Source: the human T2T-CHM13v2.0 reference genome, Homo sapiens. Taken from it: a DNA stretch of 64,000 nt. Position 1 is the stretch's first letter. The number at the start of each line of letters is the position of its first letter. The stretch lies in assembly GCF_009914755.1 (NCBI RefSeq), contig NC_060942.1. One strand, written 5' to 3'. The notes beneath the pieces were generated by a model. It was given only the letters and a program-made list of their open reading frames with translations, searched no databases and had not been told where the DNA came from. Both the position numbers and the translations under genes were made by a program. Below are positions 56,516-64,000 of the stretch, piece after piece.

Positions 56516-57987
56516 AATGAAGTTCATAAGAGGTAGCTGACCTACCTGACTTCTACTGATAACATTGGCTGAAGATAATACCCATGCTGGGAAAATGATT
56601 TTCTTTTCTGCTCTGAATTGAACCAGTCATTTTTCACTGCTGTAATAATCACAACTTCCACTTATGACTCCTAATTCCCAAATTCTAGTGTGCGAGAAGT
56701 GCCACTACCAAGGATACTCTCTTAAGTATACTTGAATGTATTTAAGCATTTGCCTATTCAGAGAAACCCACAAAGCCCTGCGTACCAGACAGGGATGGAG
56801 CTGTTTACTGTTATGAAGTCTACACCAAATATAGCCCATGAACCCTGCAATTCACTCACTTCATTTTTTCTCACAAGGGGTGAAGTCTACTCCCTGTCCA
56901 CAGCCTCGCGCACTCTCAGTCATCTTCCTCAGAGAAGCTACACTCTCTTTCACCTGAAGATGTGAATATAGTGCCTAACAGACCTAGTAGGCACTGAGTT
57001 CATGCAGAAGACAACAGCATTAAACTTGCAGTGCTCTTTGACTTTTCTCTCCTTCTTTTGGCTAAAAAGTAAGCTGACTCTAACAGTCGAGTTTGGGCTC
57101 TAGTCCCACCTCTATTGAAGAAGTGAGTCTTGCCTTTGCCCAACTGCTATATTAAAATATTCTTGCTACAAAGCTCAGTAAAAGAGGGAAAGAGATAGAT
57201 GGACATGAGATAAATAGGAAGGGTGACTTTTCAGAAAATTGATGAGACACTTAGTGCCTGTAGTGTGTGAGAATACTGGGCGGAAAGGCAAAGAGGTATG
57301 TATAAGGAGCGTCCCTTGGGAGTGATGAGGATACCATTACAGTTCTGGTCACAGTGTCCTTTATAAAATGCAAATAAAAGTAAATTATTTTAAAATTATT
57401 TTTTGGCTCTTGAACTATACTTCTTTTGTAAGCTGTGACTCCCATAGGGAATCACATAATTTAAAAACCTTCTGCTTTAAGCTCTCCTCATCAAAAGCAA
57501 AGCCAGTGAAGGTCTTTTCCCTGGCAAAACAGAGTATCATTTTACTATGAAAGTCAATCCTTTATTTTAACTGACAACTAAATAAAGGCTTTGTGTACAA
57601 AACCACTAGTAAGATGAATAGAAAAAGCTGACCTTAATTGGCTAAGTGAAGATGCTTTCTAAGAACAAAATCTTAGTAGTAGTTGGCTTAAAATTTAAAG
57701 AATTATGTATATGATTTTAAGTTATCTTTTGGAATATTAAAATGTATAGTCAAATTATATGATACAATATTAATATAAAAATAATTAAATTACATTAGTG
57801 ATTCTAAGTTCTCTAACTGAAAAGAAAATGCTCACTAGTTTAAGCATGTTTATATTAAATGTGATATTTTATAGTTTCAGAGTGTCAGATTGATAATTTG
57901 GGGGTAAAACAGTAGACATATGTCAATAGAAGATTCTAGCCGTTTAACAAAAGTGTAATCATGCTATTTTTTATTGTTTAATTTTGA

Positions 57988-58137
57988 CTTCTTCCTTCCT
58001 TCCTCCCTCCCTTCCTTTCTTCCTTCCTTCCCTCCCTCCCTCCTTTCCTGCCTCCTTCCTTCTTTCCTTCCTTCCTTCCTTCCTTTCCTTCCTTCCTCCC
58101 TTCTTCCCTCCCTTCCTTCCTTCATTTTCTTTCTTCC
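57988..58137. repeat. (CCTT/CCCT)n polypyrimidine-polypurine tract
   Basis: Read directly; ~150 bp with almost no purines on +. Confidence 0.95.
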
Positions 58138-58476
58138 TGTCTTAGTTTGTTTAGGCTGTTACAACAAAACGCCTTAGAATGAGTACTTTATAAACCATAG
58201 AAATGTATGTCTTAAAGTTCTAGAGCTAAGCAATCCAAGAACTAGGCAACAACAGATTTGGTGTCTCATGAAGCTTCACCCTCTGCTTCAAAGATGGTGT
58301 CTTCTTCCTTCATACTCATGTGGTAGAAGGGGCCAGCAAGATTCTTGGGGCCTCTCTTATAGGGGCACTAATCCCAACGAGCTCTCATAATCTAATCACC
58401 TCTGGCCTAGCCTCTTATTGGGGATTATGTTTCAACATATGAATTTTGGGGGAACACAAACATTCAGACCATAGCA
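58138..58476 (+). mobile_element. MLT1A/MST-like solo LTR
   Basis: tgtcttagtttgtttaggctgttacaacaaaa...acaaacattcagaccatagca. Confidence 0.85.
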
Positions 58477-58892
58477 ATTCCCCTTTTCCTTCCTTTTCTC
58501 CCTCTGTTCTTTCTTGTTTTCTTTCCTTTTTATTTCTTTTCTTCTTCTTCATTTTTTTTTGGTTTTTAATCTCCAAGTAAAAGGAGACAGCATGGCCATC
58601 ACAGAAAGCAGTAGACTTCTGCATGAATCCAATATCTAATTTTCCTTGTATTTATCCTGATTAGGAGCTATGTCCCTGATAAACTAGACCAGTGAGGAAG
58701 ATACTGCAAGAGAAAGTAAATGAAAACACAAGGACTGTGTGTGTGTGAGTGTGTGCGCTTTTATCCCTAGTCGATTTAGTGCAATCAATAAGAAATGAGA
58801 CACATTCATTTAAAATTAAACTTGCTTGAATAGTTTTCACTGACATACATAAACTGTAAATTCAAAATTAGATTCTGAACTTAAATTCTTAC

Positions 58893-59006
58893 CTCAGTTT
58901 CTATTAATGCATCAAGGGTTTTCTTCCCCTTTTTTCGTAATTTTTTCTTTACTTTTCCCACCTTTCTTCTAATAAGATCTTTCTGATCAATTATATTATT
59001 AAGCAT
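58893..59006 (-). CDS. CCDC178: Coding exon C, 114 nt, phase 0/0, probable cassette exon: MLNNIIDQKDLIRRKVGKVKKKLRKKGKKTLDALIETE
   Basis: tgtcttctag|ATGCTTAAT...GAAACTGAG|gtaaga. 38 stop-free codons in frame with both neighbours. Confidence 0.88.
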
Positions 59007-60561
59007 CTAGAAGACATTCAGATATTAAGATGTGCAGCATTTGCAACCCAGTTATCCTCATTTAGGCCAAATCGTACTTAAGTGACTATTTTAATAACAA
59101 CAGCATTTATTTTGGCAAATAAAGGGAAAGAACCATCACACATAAATTACAGAAATATACTGTATATCCAAAAATTTCAATATTCTATTTGCACTATGTG
59201 AGAAAGCCAAAATCTAATGAATTTTAGTTAAGTAACAAAAATAAATAAGCTTACATAGAAAGTATGAATATTTGTTATAATATTTGTTTTAATCAAAACT
59301 AAAACTCCAAATACAAATAGTAAGCAATCACTACCAAAAAGTATGTAAAAACTTATTCTTCCTTACTGTGTGCTAAATTATTAATTCTTATAATTTATTA
59401 ACTATTAAAATATAATCAAACCAAAAATGATTACTGAACTACAAGAAGATGTAAAACCATGGCTGTTATAAAATAACAGGAAACAAAGATCATTAATCTT
59501 TTCTGGAATTCATTATTGTACTCAGACAACCTCACTTAGGCTTTTGATGCAATTAATAAATTTCCATCATTAATGTAAGGGGGAGCCATCATTAAAATCA
59601 TTTATCCCACTAGATGTTTGTACTGGTTATACATTCTTTGCAGGAGCATGATGATAGCATTTAGAAACCCTAAATACAGTGGTACTCGGAATTTGTTGTT
59701 TCCATGCTTCATGACCTTATACACGTTGCTCAGGCTCTTTAAGCACAAGTTTTCTCAAGTCTTTGATACCAGTAAACTCCCTCTTGCCTATTTCATAGGA
59801 AGGCTTTGAAGCTCAAAATAAACTTTTAAAATAGAAACACTTTTTAAATCACAATTTTAAGAAATAAAGACATTTTGAAAATTATCAAAGACTAAAAATA
59901 TAAAGTTACATTATTATTTGCAAAGGAAAAAAGTTCTGGTGCCGAAATGTCTCAAATAAATATATGTATGGCCTCCCTGCAGGGAAGGACAAGAATGTAT
60001 AACTCTTGCCACACCCTCTAGTTCTCCAAAAGACTAATGACAGGATTAATACATGTTTTTCGACTAAATTTTTCTTTGGGAAGGGCTAGTGATATCAGTT
60101 ACTGCCATAAACTTGTAATTTTGAAAATATTTTATCAACATTTGCTTTATTTTTCATCCTAGCTGTCTAAACATCTACATGCATCAAAAATTTACCATGA
60201 AAATGTCAAGATCTCTTACATTTTATATGCAAATGAGCACAACTTTAGGATTTCATTAAGAAGGAGTGAAGACTTTGAATCAAGTTTAACATAATGAACG
60301 TTCACACCAGATAAGTCACTACTCACGCACTTGAAACCTGCTTTTCCCAAGTACCCTCTAAGACTATGGGGTTCTAGATAATAGCATTAATGGTCTTGCT
60401 ATAGAGTTTCACTGCAGATCAAGTTGCGTGGTCCTGAAATAGTTACTTAGTTTGCCCCTATGTGAAATCATAATTTCCCAAATGATAATGTAAAATCACA
60501 TGCGTAACTTACTAACGTATATATTTCTGCACATTAATTTTTGGATTAATTAAATGCTTAC

Positions 60562-60723
60562 AACAGAATGTTCTTTGTTGAGACTTCTGATTCTTTCAGC
60601 TTCATCTTCTAGTTGAAGCAGAGGTTCCTGTAGTTCTGCCAGTGACATGGCACATATTGCTCTATTTTTTATAAGCTCTTTCCGCTCAAGTGCCTGGACT
60701 TCGTAAATGGAATATAGTTTTTT
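60562..60723 (-). CDS. CCDC178: Coding exon B, 162 nt, phase 0/0: KKLYSIYEVQALERKELIKNRAICAMSLAELQEPLLQLEDEAERIRSLNKEHSV
   Basis: ctttgctggcag|AAAAAACTA...CATTCTGTT|gtaagc. 54 stop-free codons with E/K/L-rich helical composition. Confidence 0.93.
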
Positions 60724-60940
60724 CTGCCAGCAAAGATTTTAAATAAATCATTCAGTTATTAACTTAAACATTTATTGAGCCTCTTATTCAGTGACAGGCA
60801 GTAATATTTGTTTTTATTTGAAAATCAAATAATACAATAAATGTCACCATAAAAAATGGATACGAATGTAATATATATTACATATATTATATTACATATA
60901 TTATAATATCCAAAAATCTCATGGATGTAATATAATATAA

Positions 60941-61245
<305 letters not shown>

Positions 61246-61665
61246 CGAATGTAGTATATTTAAAGATAATACAGTTATTGTTAGAAGGAATGAGAGAAAC
61301 ACTTTAATAGACAATAAAAATCAAACATTTAAAAAAATATTTCCCAGCCCAAAATGTCAAAATCAATCATTCTTAAGTAAGGATTGGAGGACACCAAGTT
61401 AGAGAACACACTAATAACACATCGTGGAATATATGCAAGTACTGCAATATAAGACAAAACCAACTAACAGGTCTTTCCAGTTAGACACTTAGAAATAAAA
61501 CATACATATAGAAATAAATGAGGAAGTTTAGTGTTTTGAAACATATAGAAGCAAACACTGCTTCTATGTTTGAAAATGCCAAATTTCATAACAGAAAAAA
61601 ATTACAAAATTTAGGTTTACTTCCAAGAGAAGCAGAGGTGTAGATCATCTCAAAAAACACTGTTA

Positions 61666-62029
<364 letters not shown>

Positions 62030-62579
62030 CTAATTTCAAATATGTAAGTATTTCTAAAGGGGAGGCATTCTAGAAACACGGCATGGATCAAAAAACCCAA
62101 TCTGGATTCCAAAGGATATGCAGGTGGTAGACAAAGATTTTAAAAATTCAAGTTGTTTTTGCCAGCTTACATGCTTTATTTTCAAAATCTCTATATGGAA
62201 GTATCAAAGCATATTTTTCTTTCAGGGTTAAATAAACAAATCCAAGTGAAAGACACTAACAGTAAAGAAAACATAACATCACCACAAAGCAAACTAAAGA
62301 GTCAGACACTTAAAAATAAGATCCCACTGCTCTTTTACTAGACTGGCAGAAATTCCCATTATGCCACAAAATGAGATATGTATATGGGAGGTCAATTTCT
62401 TTATGCATGATCAGACACTGCTGGTTGTACACAGAGGGCAACTGCCATCAGCTAAGGAGAGAAAACTGCTGGCTTGCAAACCAAGTAGTGACAAGATGCC
62501 TCATTACAGGCAAATTTAAAATGCTAAGTAAAATGCAAATTAAAGGAAGAATAAAATATTAAAACCAAATCAGTATTAC

Positions 62580-62642
62580 CTGAAGCACCATTCCAGCAGC
62601 CACTTCACCTTGAGTGAGTTTTTTCAGGAATTCTTCTCTACC
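62580..62642 (-). CDS. CCDC178: Coding exon A, 63 nt, phase 0/0: GREEFLKKLTQGEVAAGMVLQ
   Basis: Minus strand reads tttcctaacatatag|GGTAGAGAA...GTGCTTCAG|gtaata. Stop-free and in frame with the next exon. Gene identity is from recall of the protein sequence. Confidence 0.9.
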
Positions 62643-63310
62643 CTATATGTTAGGAAATTTTTAAAATGAGGATTTTCTTCATAAAACATCAAAAACATTT
62701 TTTAAAACAATTGCTAATATAAGACACATTTTTAATGTTTCAATATAGAGTAAAATATTAATTATAATTTATTATATGTATTTTTAAAATCCTGGTGTTT
62801 TTCGAGGTAAAGTAATTAAGTGGTACAGCACCAGGAATTAGACTACAAAATTTCAGTCTTTCCAGTTTGCATTTTATAGTCCTAAACTTAAAAAATCAAA
62901 GTAATAAGAAAGTGAAACAAGGTAGTCATCAATTTCTCCTTTTAAAAACTATCAGTTTGTTTTTAATATTACTTTCTGGAATAAACACAATCAACTTTCA
63001 AAACAAGATAGATGCAAGTCAAGTGTGAAGTGTGCAAAATAAGAGCAGACTCTCCATTTAGCTAGAACAATTCCTTTTTTTTTTTTTTAAATCATACCTT
63101 TCAAGTTTGTAGGGAAAAAATTTGGAAAAATCTTTTCTTTGCTACCTGGAAAAATTGTTGTAAATTGTTCATAGATTTGCTTTAAATTATCACGCAAAAC
63201 CAGAATTGGAAGTAGTTCATAAAGTTCCTTCTGTCTTAAAATTACATCTTGGAACCCCTGATTTGAGGGAGGAGTTGGCTGGGATTTAGGATGTCCTCCA
63301 GATTCAAAAG

Positions 63311-63319
63311 ATATATGTA

Positions 63320-63383
<64 letters not shown>

Positions 63384-63385
63384 TA
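63311..63385. repeat. (TG)n(TA)n(CA)n self-complementary compound microsatellite
   Basis: 75 bp of alternating purine-pyrimidine. Confidence 0.97.
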
Positions 63386-64000
63386 GTTTTGCAAGGAGGA
63401 ACAATAAAAATTCAGAAATGTCTCTGATACCCCTACTTCAATACTGAATCCCTCATCATATCCCAGGGTCTATAGAGACAATACAAAGAAACAAGCCAGC
63501 AGGCCTCTGCTCTAACACTTTCTCTACTCAATATAGCAAACCAGCAAAATTATGTTTACCTCAAGCAAAAGAATAATTCCAAAGAAGGAAACATGAAGGT
63601 GGTAAATAAAGCAGTAACTTTGATATATCATTTTACTTAAGGATATATCTACATCTAAAATGAATTTATGCAACAATACGTTTTGATAATTTTAAATAGA
63701 TTAGCGACCTCTTCTAACATGATAGCAGATACAGCACAGTTTTTCAGTTTGTTTATTATTTAATAGAAATGGAACAAAATTCAAAATGGCTTTGTAGACT
63801 GGAGAAAAATATATCATATTCCAAAATAGCTCGATTTGACCTTTGTCTGAAACTAATTGAAAAATGTGTATGTATGGGCATGTGTGCTTTTGTTGTGTTT
63901 TATGTGTTAGAGAAAAGACTTGGTGAATGAGGTGAAGCTGAAGAAACAAACAACTCTTAGATTATGCAGAACCTTCCAGGTACATTAATAAAATTAGTGA

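Noticed and set aside
61533-61576. Short hairpin atagaagca/tgcttctat
   Set aside because: A 9-bp perfect core with a bulged extension is within chance expectation for AT-rich DNA.

Overview
Primate, most likely human, genomic DNA: AT-rich, CpG-poor and dense in Alu, L1, L2, MIR and MaLR repeats. The right end holds five GT-AG coding exons on the minus strand (62580-62642, 60562-60723, 58893-59006, 51337-51482, 47683-47842). They splice into one open 215-codon coiled-coil frame that I recognise from memory as the C-terminal half of CCDC178 (C18orf34, 18q12.1). Bases 1-47682 are a single long intron. The supplied ORF track misses four of these exons and otherwise lists mainly repeat-derived or chance ORFs. 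I see no evidence for a new multi-gene system. The best leads are: a perfect 31-bp-arm, pre-miRNA-sized hairpin at 43273-43351; a divergent pair of CTCF-like motifs; a highly basic symmetric 114-nt cassette exon; all-phase-0 exon modules flanked by inverted Alus; a twin-primed inverted L1; a degenerate two-LTR ERVL remnant; an unexplained diverged 110-bp duplication at an L1 5' junction; and a ~6.5-kb repeat-poor intronic block. Repeat subfamily names come from recalled consensus sequences, not a RepeatMasker run, and repeat boundaries without a stated TSD are approximate.
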